DNA of 64,000 nt from the NCBI GenBank assembly GCA_963713975.1, contig OY970218.1, positions 3,136,001 to 3,200,000 of the forward strand. The letters run 5' to 3'. The translations under genes and the position numbers were made by a program. The notes beneath the pieces are model-generated. The model saw only the letters and a program-made list of their open reading frames with translations. It was not told where the DNA came from and did no database searches. This document shows, one piece after another, positions 28,237-37,223 of the stretch (its first letter is position 1; the number at the start of each line of letters is the position of its first letter). The DNA comes from an uncultured Chloroflexia bacterium. Its GTDB lineage: Bacteria > Chloroflexota > Limnocylindria > Limnocylindrales > CSP1-4.

Positions 28237-29211
28237 CTAGCCCTTGATCGGGCTCAGCCAGCTCCGGTACTCGGGCAGGTTGCCACGGACCGCGGCGAAG
28301 TAGCGCTCGCTCATCAGCCGCGAGACGGGGCCGATCGCGCCGGTGCCCACGGCCCGGTGATCCACCTCGATGACCGGGCTGACCTGGACGCCGGTCCCGC
28401 ACAGGAACACCTCGTCGCAGACGTACAGCTCGGAGCGGTCCACGGAGCGGATCTCGATCGGGATGCCAGCATCGCGGGCGAGCCCGAGGATCGCGCCGCG
28501 CGTCACGCCCTCGAGGATGTCGTCCGAGACCGGCGGCGTGATCAGGACGCCGCCCCGGACCACGAACAGGTTCGCCGCCGATCCCTCGGACGCGTGGCCG
28601 TCGGGGGTGAGGACGAGGGCCTCGTCGAAGCCGTTGAGCTCCGCCTCGCTCTTCTGGAAGGCCATGTTGACGTAGCCGCCGACGATCTTGCCGCGGGCCG
28701 GGAGCGCCTCGTCCGCGTTGCGGCGCCACGTCGACGTCATCACCCGGACGCCCTTCTCGGTATCGATGTAGTTGCCGAAGGGCGAGGTGATCACGTACAG
28801 CTGGTGCTCGAGGTGATGGAGCCGGACGCCGATGGCCTTGGTGCTCTTGTAGAACGACGGCCGGACGTAGACGTCCTCCCGGTCGTGGTTCCGGCGTACG
28901 GTCTCCAGGACGATCTCCACCAGCTCGTCGACCGACGGAAGATCCTCCATCAGCAGCATCTTGGCGCTGTTGCGGATCCGCTCGCAGTGCTCCCGCACGA
29001 ACAGGACGTACAGCGTCTCGTGCTCGGCGTTCCAGTAACCACGGATCCCCTCGAAGGTCGCCGTCCCGTACATGAACGCGTGGGTCATGATGCTGACCTT
29101 GGCGTCGCGAAGCGGCACGTACTCGCCTTCGAAGTAGGCGATCCGGTCCTCGATGGAGCGCGGCTCGGCGGGCACGGCCTCCGCCGCGGTGCCGGACGGC
29201 TGGGTGAGCAT
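28237..29211 (-). CDS. ilvE: Branched-chain amino acid aminotransferase
   Basis: HAFMYGTATFEG, YVRP, EGSAAN, ILEGVTR, CGTG. Confidence 0.93.
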   Translation of the reverse strand: MLTQPSGTAAEAVPAEPRSIEDRIAYFEGEYVPLRDAKVSIMTHAFMYGTATFEGIRGYWNAEHETLYVLFVREHCERIRNSAKMLLMEDLPSVDELVEIVLETVRRNHDREDVYVRPSFYKSTKAIGVRLHHLEHQLYVITSPFGNYIDTEKGVRVMTSTWRRNADEALPARGKIVGGYVNMAFQKSEAELNGFDEALVLTPDGHASEGSAANLFVVRGGVLITPPVSDDILEGVTRGAILGLARDAGIPIEIRSVDRSELYVCDEVFLCGTGVQVSPVIEVDHRAVGTGAIGPVSRLMSERYFAAVRGNLPEYRSWLSPIKG

Positions 29212-29330
29212 GGTCGGCTCCAGGTCGCGTGCGGCTGATCGCCGCGAGTCCCACGTGGTCGCCGAAAGTCTAGCACCGGGCGATTTGCATGCCGTCCGGT
29301 CGCCCTCCGCGTCCCCGCCCCTCGCGGCGG

Positions 29331-30392
29331 TCAGCCGATGGGCAGCAACCCCGCGATGGCCAGCACGACGATCGTCAGGTAGACGAGGTAGAGGAGGCCG
29401 CCCACCAGCAGGGAGCGTCCATCCAGGCGGGCCCGACGCCACATGGGCAGGAAGATCACCCCGACCGCGAGGAACGCGATCCCGGCCGACAGGAAAGCGA
29501 TCATCGAGTTCTCGTCGACGTGCCATGCGTCGCCGGCGAGGACCAGGGCAACCACCGTCGGGATCGCTGACTGGAAGACCATCGCGCCCGTGATGTTGCC
29601 CATCGCGAGCGTGTCCTTGCCCCGGCGGACCCAGATCAGCGAGTTGAACTTCTCGGGCAGCTCCGTGGCGATAGGAGCGATCACGAGCGCGAGCAGGAGC
29701 TCGCTGACACCGAGGACGGCAGCGACGCTGGATACGGCGCCCACGAACAGGTAGGCCCCGCCGATGATGAGCGCGAGCGCGAAGACCACCTGGAGGCTGA
29801 CGACGCGCAGCCTCGGGACGTGCGGTGCCCGCCGGTGACCATTGCGGTCCAGCCGCCGGAAGCGGAGCGGCGCCAGCTCCTCCTCATGCTCCTCGGGCTC
29901 GGCGTCAAGGTGACCCTTGACGTAGTAGGCATAGATGCCGATCAGGGCGATCGCCACGACGTACCGAAGGCCATCGAGGCTGGTCGGGAGGAAGGCGGAC
30001 CCGATCGCGAGCGAGTAGGCGATCACGAAGTAGCGGATGTCATGGACGAGGACACCCGTGTCCACGACCATGCGGGTCCCGGTCGCCCGCCGCCGACGCC
30101 AGTAGAGCACTCCAATCCCGGTCACGAACATGGCCAGTGTCGAGAGCATGAACGGAGCGCCCAGGATCGCGCCGATACCCACGTCGTGCGCGGAGCCCTC
30201 GGCGCTCCCGAAGACGATGGCGATGATCGGGATCATCGTCTCCGGCAGGGCCGTGCCGACGGCCGCGAGCACGGACCCCACGGCGCCCTGCGCCAGGTTC
30301 AGCTTGCGGCCGAACCACTCGATCCCGTTGGTGAACAGCTCGGCGCCGCCGAGGATCACGACGAACGCGATGGCGAGCACGATGGCGTCCAC
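29331..30392 (-). CDS. Sodium:calcium antiporter (CaCA family)
   Basis: GTALPE and ATELPE alpha repeats, GNITG; multiple TM segments. Confidence 0.9.
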   Translation of the reverse strand: MDAIVLAIAFVVILGGAELFTNGIEWFGRKLNLAQGAVGSVLAAVGTALPETMIPIIAIVFGSAEGSAHDVGIGAILGAPFMLSTLAMFVTGIGVLYWRRRRATGTRMVVDTGVLVHDIRYFVIAYSLAIGSAFLPTSLDGLRYVVAIALIGIYAYYVKGHLDAEPEEHEEELAPLRFRRLDRNGHRRAPHVPRLRVVSLQVVFALALIIGGAYLFVGAVSSVAAVLGVSELLLALVIAPIATELPEKFNSLIWVRRGKDTLAMGNITGAMVFQSAIPTVVALVLAGDAWHVDENSMIAFLSAGIAFLAVGVIFLPMWRRARLDGRSLLVGGLLYLVYLTIVVLAIAGLLPIG

Positions 30393-30393
30393 G

Positions 30394-30771
30394 TCAGCCC
30401 TCCAGTCCGGTTGCGGCGACGATCGACGCGAGCACCACGAGGAAGACCGCCACCGACACCAGCGCCAGACGCCAGTCCCGGACGGCCACATAGCCGACGC
30501 CCGCGACGATCACGCGCCCGATCGGGAGGCAGATGATCAGGACGATCCCGGCCCACAGGAACCCCTCGGGCCGGAGCGCCGCCAGCTCCGCCGGGATCCG
30601 GCTGAGATCGAACGGCGGGACGGCGCCGTGCGCCATCGGGTCCATCCCGTCGAGGAGCATCAGCACGACACCCACGAGCACGAGGCCCATCGCCAGCCAG
30701 GTGCCCACGATCAGCAGCCGGGCCACGATGGTCTCGAGGGCGTAGGCCGCCTCGTTGCGGCCGGACCTCAT
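30394..30771 (-). CDS. DUF1634 family membrane protein
   Basis: IVARLLIVG...GIVLIICLPIGRV; typical partner of TSUP transporters. Confidence 0.8.
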   Translation of the reverse strand: MRSGRNEAAYALETIVARLLIVGTWLAMGLVLVGVVLMLLDGMDPMAHGAVPPFDLSRIPAELAALRPEGFLWAGIVLIICLPIGRVIVAGVGYVAVRDWRLALVSVAVFLVVLASIVAATGLEG

Positions 30772-30782
30772 CGACGGGCCGC

Positions 30783-31697
30783 TCACAGGCCCAACGCCTT
30801 GATGGCCATCTGGATGGACGTGTAGACGAGCACCACCACGAACAGCGCCCGCAGGACGCGGAGGTTGACGCGGTGGGCCAGCCTGGAGCCAAACGAGGCC
30901 CCGACGAACACGCCCAGGGCGATCGGGCCGGCGATGAACGGGTCGATCTCGTCCCGCAGCAGGTAGATGACGGCCGACGCCGTCGCGGTGATGCCCATCA
31001 TCATGTTGCTGGTCGCGGTGGACACGCGCAGGGGGACGCCCATCCAGATGTGCATGACCGGCACCTTGATGATCCCGCCGCCGACACCCAGGAGCGCCGA
31101 GTTGAGGCCGGCGAACACCGAGCCCAGCATGCCCGCGCGCAGGCGGTGGACGGTGTAGCCCGGTCCGGCCAGCGTCGCGGTGAACGACGTGTAGGGCACG
31201 GCCGCGACGGGCGCCGCGTGGGGCGCGGTGCCGAACGCCGTCTCGGATGCCGCCGCCTCGAGTGCGACGGGCCCGGGTGCCTCGGGATCGGCGGATCCCA
31301 CGGGGACGGGCTCGGCCGGCGCCTGCGTGCGTGGTCGGTCGTTGCGCCTGGCCATCGAGATCGCGACCCACGCGAGGAGCGCGGCGAACAGGCCGGCCAG
31401 CAGCCGCTCGTTAATGAGGAACGCGATCAGGCCGCCGACCAGCGCCCCCATGGCCGAGAACAGCTCGAGGGTCATACCCAGGCGCAGGTTGGCCACGTGC
31501 CGCTGGAGGTACACCCCGGCCGAGGCGCTGGAGGTGACGATCACCGACACGAGCGAGACCGCGACGGCCTCGCGCAACGGCAGCCCGAAGCCCAGGTTGA
31601 GGATCGGGACGATGAGCACGCCACCACCCAGCCCCAGCAGGGAGCCGAAGGCGCCGGCGGCTATGCCGCCCGCAAGCAGGACGAGGACGACGATCAC
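30783..31697 (-). CDS. Sulfite exporter TauE/SafE (TSUP) family protein
   Basis: LLGLGGGVLIVP, LLGVGGGIIKVP, ATSN. Confidence 0.92.
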   Translation of the reverse strand: MIVVLVLLAGGIAAGAFGSLLGLGGGVLIVPILNLGFGLPLREAVAVSLVSVIVTSSASAGVYLQRHVANLRLGMTLELFSAMGALVGGLIAFLINERLLAGLFAALLAWVAISMARRNDRPRTQAPAEPVPVGSADPEAPGPVALEAAASETAFGTAPHAAPVAAVPYTSFTATLAGPGYTVHRLRAGMLGSVFAGLNSALLGVGGGIIKVPVMHIWMGVPLRVSTATSNMMMGITATASAVIYLLRDEIDPFIAGPIALGVFVGASFGSRLAHRVNLRVLRALFVVVLVYTSIQMAIKALGL

Positions 31698-31757
31698 CGC
31701 TGGGCGCCCGGTTCCGGACCGGCTCCCCTCGCCTGATCGCCGTGCCGCGTCACGACG

Positions 31758-32021
31758 TCAGGGGCGAAGGTGCTGCGGCGCGTACGGGAGCAGGGCCACG
31801 TGGCGGGCCCGCTTGAGCGCCACGGACAGCTCGCGCTGGTGAGCAGCACAGGTCCCGGTCTTGCGGCGCGGTTCGATCTTGGCGCGCTCGGACAGGTAGC
31901 GGCGGAGGCGGTTGACCTCCTTGTAGTCGATCACGACCGTCTTGTCGGCGCAGAAGGAGCAGACCTTCCGGCGCCGGCGATCTCGGTAGTAGTCGTCGCG
32001 CTTCTTCGTGCGGGGGGGCAT
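31758..32021 (-). CDS. rpsR: 30S ribosomal protein S18
   Basis: CSFC...IDYK...[16 protein letters not shown]...ALLPY. Confidence 0.98.
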   Translation of the reverse strand: MPPRTKKRDDYYRDRRRRKVCSFCADKTVVIDYKEVNRLRRYLSERAKIEPRRKTGTCAAHQRELSVALKRARHVALLPYAPQHLRP

Positions 32022-32085
32022 GAGCGGTGTCTCCTGGTGGTGGCGGGCTTGCCGCCGGAGCGGCCCTCAGGCCGCGGGACAATCG

Positions 32086-32547
32086 TCAGAACGGGAGGTC
32101 GTCGAGGTCGTCGGGCGCGGGCGCCGATGGTCGCGTGGGCCGCACGGACTCGCCGCCTCCGCCACCGCCGCTGCCGCCCGACGGGGCTCCGAACGAGCCC
32201 TCCTCGTCGCGGACCCGGGCATCGAGGCTGATCACGTTGTCGGCGGTGATCTCCAGGGACGTCCGCTTCTGGCCGTCCCGGGCCTCGTACTCGCGGGTGC
32301 GGAAGCGGCCCTCGACGAAGACCTTGTTCCCCTTGCGGAACTGCTCCGCGGTCCGCTCTGCGCGATCACCCCAGACCGTCACGCGGAACCAGTCGGTCTG
32401 GTCGTCCTGCCACTCGCCTGACTGCGGGTCACGGCTGCGGTGGCTGACCGCGACCGAGAACTCGGTCACGGGACGCCCGTTGGGGGTGTACCGCATCTCG
32501 GGGTCACGTCCGAGGTTGCCGATGATCATGACCTTCGCGAATGCCAT
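32086..32547 (-). CDS. ssb: Single-stranded DNA-binding protein
   Basis: KVMIIGNLGRDPEMRYT; acidic DDLPF tail. Confidence 0.98.
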   Translation of the reverse strand: MAFAKVMIIGNLGRDPEMRYTPNGRPVTEFSVAVSHRSRDPQSGEWQDDQTDWFRVTVWGDRAERTAEQFRKGNKVFVEGRFRTREYEARDGQKRTSLEITADNVISLDARVRDEEGSFGAPSGGSGGGGGGESVRPTRPSAPAPDDLDDLPF

Positions 32548-32560
32548 CGCCGGCTCCTCT

Positions 32561-32995
32561 TCAGTCGATGGCCGCGGGCGCGGCCTCGCTCTCGGATTCG
32601 TCGATCTGCTCGCCGTCATCCTCGGCATCGTCCTCATCGGCGGACGGGAGCTCGGCGTCGATGTCGTCGGCGTCCTCGGCGGCGGCCGCGTCGCGGCGGG
32701 CCTTGACCGGCCGGATGGCGCGGGTCACGAGGTAGCGGAGCACGTCCTCCGTGATCTGGAGGCTCCGCTCCATCTCCGCGATGACCTCGGCCGGGGCTTC
32801 GAAGACCACGATGTGGTACGAGCCATCCCGGTAGCGGTCAATGGGATACGCGAGGCGGCGACGCCCCCAGGGCGCGACCTTGACGATCTGGCCACCCGAG
32901 GCGACGACATAGCGCGTGGTGCGGTCGATGACCGCGGCGGCCCGCTCATCCGGCGCATCCGGCTTGAGAACGAGCATGAGTTCATAGCGGCGCAC
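32561..32995 (-). CDS. rpsF: 30S ribosomal protein S6
   Basis: RRYELM...WGRRRLAYPI...VLRYL; acidic tail. Confidence 0.97.
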   Translation of the reverse strand: MRRYELMLVLKPDAPDERAAAVIDRTTRYVVASGGQIVKVAPWGRRRLAYPIDRYRDGSYHIVVFEAPAEVIAEMERSLQITEDVLRYLVTRAIRPVKARRDAAAAEDADDIDAELPSADEDDAEDDGEQIDESESEAAPAAID

Positions 32996-33006
32996 GGCCT
33001 GCTTGT

Positions 33007-33063
33007 CTCCTTCCAATGGGTATCTGCCCCGCTGACGGCATGCCGGCACGGGACCGAAAGGAC
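33007..33063 (-). promoter_or_regulatory. Probable S6:S18 autoregulatory RNA leader
   Basis: Transcript UCCUUUC can pair with the SD-containing GAAGGA, enclosing a stem and an ACCC internal loop; TGcTATCCT -10 at 33070-33078. Confidence 0.5.
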
Positions 33064-33176
33064 CGCGGGAGGATAGCACGGGCCGCCACGGCACCGATCT
33101 GCGAGTGTCCGCAGGGTGCCGTATCCTCTCGCCGTCACCATCGCCCGCGGTGACGAAAGTATTGCTGGGGGAACGC

Positions 33177-34373
33177 GTGCAGCTCTCGATCCTGCTCTTG
33201 GCCACCGACCGCAAGTCCGTGCAGTCGCTGGCCACTGCACTGACCGTACCCGGCCACGGCGTCACCGTCGTCACCCGGCCGGACGAGGCCGTGGCCGCGG
33301 CCGCCGGCTACAGCCTGGTCCTGATCGACCGGGTGACCCCGCCTGCGACGGTCGCGGATGTCGTGACGATGCTGGGCGCCGACCCGAAGACGGCCGGGAT
33401 CCCGGTGCTTGCCGTCGCCCAGACCGGCGAACTGGACGAGCGCATCGCGCTCCTGGAAGCCGGTGCCGACGACGTCATCGCCCGGCCGTTCGACCAGCCG
33501 GAGCTGGAGGCGCGGATCGAGGCCCTGGCCCTCACGACCCAGCGCGGCGGCGCCGGCGCGGGCGGTGGCATCGGCGACATCCAGGGTCACCGGCTCGTGA
33601 CCGTGTTCAGCCCCAAGGGCGGCGTCGGCACGACGACGGTCGCCACCAACCTCGCCGTCATCGCGGCCGAGACGCAGCCCAACAAGGTCCTCCTCGTGGA
33701 CCTCGACCTGTCCTTCGGGCAGGTGGCCTCACACCTCAACCTGCAGCCGAAGCAGACCCTGCTGGAGCTGGCACGCGACGAGGGTGCCCTGCACGAGACG
33801 GACCTCTTCCGAACCTACGCGATCCACCATGCCAGCGGTGTCCACGTCCTCGCGTCGCCTCCTTCCCCCACCTTCACCGCCCTGATCAGCACCGAGCAGA
33901 TCGAGCTGATGCTCGCGCGGGCCATCGAGGCCTACGACGTGATCGTGGTCGATGCCGGCACCGCGCTGGACCCCAGGCTCACGTCCTTGTTCTCGCTCTC
34001 GTACTCGGTCGTGGTACCCGTGCTGCCCGAGATCCCCGCGCTCAACTCCGTGCACGTGCTGCTGGAGCAGCTGACCGAGAACGGATCCCTTGGTGTGCAA
34101 ACCGTGTTCGTGCTCAACAACGCGTTCGCACGAGACCTGCTCAAGCGCAGCGACGTGGAGACCGTCCTGGGCTCGAAGATCTCGGCCGAGCTCCCGTACG
34201 ACCCGATCGTCTATCTCAAGGCCGTGAACGAGGGCAACCCGGTGGTCCGCAGCGCCCCGAAGTCGCCGCCGGCCGAGAAGTTGCGTGCCCTGGCCACGCT
34301 CGTGCTCGGACGCACGATCGCCCCCAGGACGGACGAGGGCAAGAAGGAGAAGCGGGGGCTCTTCGGCCGCTGA
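33177..34373 (+). CDS. Receiver domain + MinD/ParA-type ATPase (CpaE/TadZ-like)
   Basis: N-terminal REC (LVLID...LEAGADDVIARPF); deviant Walker A PKGGVGTT; DLDLSFG; EGNP. Confidence 0.85.
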   Translation: MQLSILLLATDRKSVQSLATALTVPGHGVTVVTRPDEAVAAAAGYSLVLIDRVTPPATVADVVTMLGADPKTAGIPVLAVAQTGELDERIALLEAGADDVIARPFDQPELEARIEALALTTQRGGAGAGGGIGDIQGHRLVTVFSPKGGVGTTTVATNLAVIAAETQPNKVLLVDLDLSFGQVASHLNLQPKQTLLELARDEGALHETDLFRTYAIHHASGVHVLASPPSPTFTALISTEQIELMLARAIEAYDVIVVDAGTALDPRLTSLFSLSYSVVVPVLPEIPALNSVHVLLEQLTENGSLGVQTVFVLNNAFARDLLKRSDVETVLGSKISAELPYDPIVYLKAVNEGNPVVRSAPKSPPAEKLRALATLVLGRTIAPRTDEGKKEKRGLFGR

Positions 34374-34436
34374 CCCGAGGGACCGCGGCGGCGAGCATCC
34401 GGAACGCCCGCACCGCGGGCAGCCCGCTCCGGGCGC

Positions 34437-34523
34437 TGGTGCCGAGGGCGAGGTTCGAACTCGCACGGGGTTGCCCCCAGCGGTGTTTAAGACCGCAGCG
34501 TCTGCCGGTTCCGCCACCTCGGC
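34437..34523 (-). tRNA. tRNA-Leu(TAA)
   Basis: GCCGAGG...anticodon arm GCGGT-CTTAAAC-ACCGC, long variable arm, GTTCGAA, encoded CCA. Confidence 0.95.
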
Positions 34524-34578
34524 ATGTCCGACCGTGCGGACGCAGCCATCCTACCCGCGTGCCCGGCCACCCGCCCGG

Positions 34579-36033
34579 CTATCCCCTTGCGCCGGGGCGT
34601 CGCGCCGTCAGGCGGGCGGCGCTCCAGCGGCATCCGCACAGGACCTTCGGGCAGGCGGGATGCGGCAGCATGGTGGCCTTCAGCTCCTCGCTGATCCGCA
34701 CGACGAGTCCACGATCCGCGCGGCACGTTTCGCAGCAGGAACCGGCCACAAGCACGGCCTCCCGGCCGGTCACGCGCAAGCCCTTGAGGTCCGCGATCGC
34801 TGCCTCACGCTCGAGGTCCCGGATCTCGTCAGGAGCAGGCGCGTCCGGGTCGGCGGCCTTGAGCAGGGACCGGGCCTGCGTCCGCCTGATCGAAGCCGCG
34901 TCTGCCCAACGGTGGTCCCGCTTCGCCGCCGCATAGGCGCGATTCGCGGTCTGCACGTAGAGGGCGCATGCCGCAGCGATCCCCTCCTCCGACGGGAGCG
35001 CGGAGGCGAGCCTGTGGACGCTGGCCGTGGACGCCCCCGTGGTCGTCGCCAGGACCAGCCAGCGGTCCCGCGGGCGGGCGAGTCGGGTGAGCTCCTTCAC
35101 ACGACGCTGCGCAGCCACCAGGGTGGCCGCCGCCGTCTCCGTGAGGTAGAGGACGCCGCCGTCGAGTCGCTTGACGACGATGCGCTCACGGCAGTTGCCG
35201 CAGCGGCGGCTCGAGGTGGGCCGGGGCTCGAGCAGGACGGCGCAGGACGGACAGGCTGCGAGCACGAGCGGCTGTCGACGTCGCCGAGGGGCCGCCTTCG
35301 GGAGAACGACCTGGCGCGCCGGTGGCACGGTGCGCGGCGGGCGAGGTGGGATGACCGACTTGCCGGACTTGGCCGCCGCCTGGGACCTGGTGTCACGCTT
35401 CTTCGCGCGGGGCACGGTTGGCTTCGGATGGGCACCGTTCAGATCGGCGTCAGCTTCGGCGACCGGCTCGAGCGTCGCAACCGGCTCGATCACGTCAGCT
35501 TTGGCGACAGGCTCTGGCGTCACGACAGGCTCTGGCGTCACGACCGGATCTGGCGTCACGACCGGATCTGGCGTCACCGCCTCGGGGGCTGGGGCGGGAA
35601 GCGCGACCGGCTCGGGCGTCACGACTGGCGTGGGCGTCACGACCGGCTCGCGGCGGTCCAGGTCCCAGTCGTCCGCGACCACCACGATCGACGGTACATG
35701 GGAGGCCCGGTGTCGAGCTCCGGCCGCCGCGACGACGTCATCGGCCATCACCGGGATCCCCGGCGACTCAAAGATCGGGACGCTCGCGGCCTCCGGCGCG
35801 GGATCCCCGGGGGCTTCTTCGAGCGGCTCCGGGTCGGCGGCCACCGCGTCATCGCGGGCGATGTCACCCGGGTCGAGACCCTCCCGCTGGAGGAGCAGGC
35901 GCTCCAGGCGCGCGGCGCTGCCCTGGCGGGCCAGCTCCAGCTCCAGCTGCTCTTCCTTGGATGATCGCTTGAGGATCCCGGGCACTCGTGCCACGCGCCG
36001 ACCCTCCTCCTTCGATGCGTCCCCGCTCGTCAT
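34579..36033 (-). CDS. Hypothetical protein with TPEPVV repeats, Zn-ribbon and C-terminal Cys/His motif
   Basis: 484-aa ORF; CPSC..CGNC and CCETC..PHPACPKVLCGC motifs; start uncertain. Confidence 0.75.
   Translation of the reverse strand: MTSGDASKEEGRRVARVPGILKRSSKEEQLELELARQGSAARLERLLLQREGLDPGDIARDDAVAADPEPLEEAPGDPAPEAASVPIFESPGIPVMADDVVAAAGARHRASHVPSIVVVADDWDLDRREPVVTPTPVVTPEPVALPAPAPEAVTPDPVVTPDPVVTPEPVVTPEPVAKADVIEPVATLEPVAEADADLNGAHPKPTVPRAKKRDTRSQAAAKSGKSVIPPRPPRTVPPARQVVLPKAAPRRRRQPLVLAACPSCAVLLEPRPTSSRRCGNCRERIVVKRLDGGVLYLTETAAATLVAAQRRVKELTRLARPRDRWLVLATTTGASTASVHRLASALPSEEGIAAACALYVQTANRAYAAAKRDHRWADAASIRRTQARSLLKAADPDAPAPDEIRDLEREAAIADLKGLRVTGREAVLVAGSCCETCRADRGLVVRISEELKATMLPHPACPKVLCGCRWSAARLTARRPGARG
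35506..35650. repeat. 18-bp coding tandem repeat (TP[ED]PVV units)
   Basis: ggcgtcacgac(a/c)gg(c/a)tct repeated ~4x plus degenerate copies. Confidence 0.9.
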
Positions 36034-36211
36034 ACAGGTATTCGCGGCCGGACGTCAGTGCAGAGTAGTCGGGTAGGGTCGTCGAGCGCAATTGCCGCCC
36101 GTCAACAATGGCGCACTCAGGCACCATGCCGGGCATCAGCATCGCCGGCGGCGGCGCCGCGGGACGCCCGTGTTCACGCGGCCTGGCCCTGTCGCCTGCC
36201 TCGGTCTGCGG

Positions 36212-36502
36212 TCAGCTCCACGTGAACGGAAGCAGGTCCTGGCAGACCTCGTGGCTGACGCCCTCGGGGTCCGCGGCCCGGCCCGGCGGCGTCTCGAACT
36301 GCCGCAGGGCGTGCTCCTCGCGGGTCGCCGCACGACACCACCGCACCTTGATCACGTAATGGGCGTGATCCCGGTGCGGGACCTTCTCCAGCCCGGTTGG
36401 AAACTCCTGCTCGATCCTGCCAACGAGACCGTCGACGCCACGGAGGACGACGAGGCCGAACTCCTTCCACGTGCCATGGATGCAGCTTGCGACGGTTGTC
36501 AT
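36212..36502 (-). CDS. Small hypothetical protein (96 aa)
   Basis: GAGGGA RBS before ATG 36502; TACGAT -10 at 36548-36553; globular-looking sequence MTTVASCIHGTWKEFGLVVL... Confidence 0.6.
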   Translation of the reverse strand: MTTVASCIHGTWKEFGLVVLRGVDGLVGRIEQEFPTGLEKVPHRDHAHYVIKVRWCRAATREEHALRQFETPPGRAADPEGVSHEVCQDLLPFTWS

Positions 36503-37009
36503 GACCAGGTTCCCTCGTGCGCTGGACACTCGCGTGCCCTCGCGACCATCGTAGGCGCGTGCCGGACGTGGCGTGGGCCGGTTGCAGCGTGGCGGGTGCG
36601 CGGCCAGAGGCGATCGGGCGCGAGCCGCTCGCCGACGCTGAGCCGGAGGCAGAGATCGGAGCGGCGTGCGCGGAACCGGGGGCGCCAGCGGCGTCGCGAG
36701 GCGGGCGACGGCACAGGCGACCGGCTCGCGCTGGGCGAGCGTTCGGCAAGGTCCGTCGCTGGGTCACGCCGGTCCGTGTTCACTGGAGGGGTGCCAGCGG
36801 CGTGAGCGGACTCATCGCGACGCCGCGTGCGCCGCGGCCTCATCGCAGCAGCGCGTATCTGTAGGTCAGGCGCACCTTCGCGAACCGTCCGATGGCGTCC
36901 GTGGAGTCAGCGATCACGCACGAACCGGCCATCCGTTCGGGCCCGGTGACCGGCTTCGATCGCCTCTACTGCTGCCCGCGTTACTGCCCAACTCCACCGT
37001 CCGACGCCC

Positions 37010-37165
37010 CTATGGCGCTCCGATAAGGTCGGCCCAGAGCTGTCCGGCGGCGCTGGGCCCACCCGCCGACAGGAACACCCAGATCGCGCCGATGGCGACC
37101 ACAGCGACGACGAGCTCCACGACGTAGCTCCGTGTGCTTCGTCTTTGGCGCTGGCGTCGGCCCAC
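37010..37165 (-). CDS. Small single-pass membrane protein (51 aa), not in ORF track
   Basis: GTG-GRRQRQRRSTRSYVVELVVAVVAIGAIWVFLSAGGPSAAGQLWADLIGAP*; basic N-terminus + TM; TAGCCT -10 6 nt upstream. Confidence 0.65.
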   Translation of the reverse strand: MGRRQRQRRSTRSYVVELVVAVVAIGAIWVFLSAGGPSAAGQLWADLIGAP

Positions 37166-37185
37166 ACGGACAGGCTAGCGCGCCG

Positions 37186-37222
37186 GTCATCCCGCCGTGA
37201 GCTGGTCCGCGTCGTTGAGATA
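37186..37222. repeat. Inter-cassette direct repeat copy R1
   Basis: gtcatcccgccgtgagctggtccgcgtcgttgagata; first 18 bp identical to R2. Confidence 0.85.
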
Positions 37223-37223
37223 C

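Noticed and set aside
36168-36783. 10-bp direct repeat ccgtgttcac flanking the 96-aa orphan gene
   Set aside because: Short, only two copies and unrelated to R1-R4; plausible by chance.
36000-37000. attR duplicate of the tRNA-Cys 3' end marking a prophage/ICE boundary
   Set aside because: Only a poor partial match (gaggcgatcgg at ~36607); no convincing duplication and no integrase.
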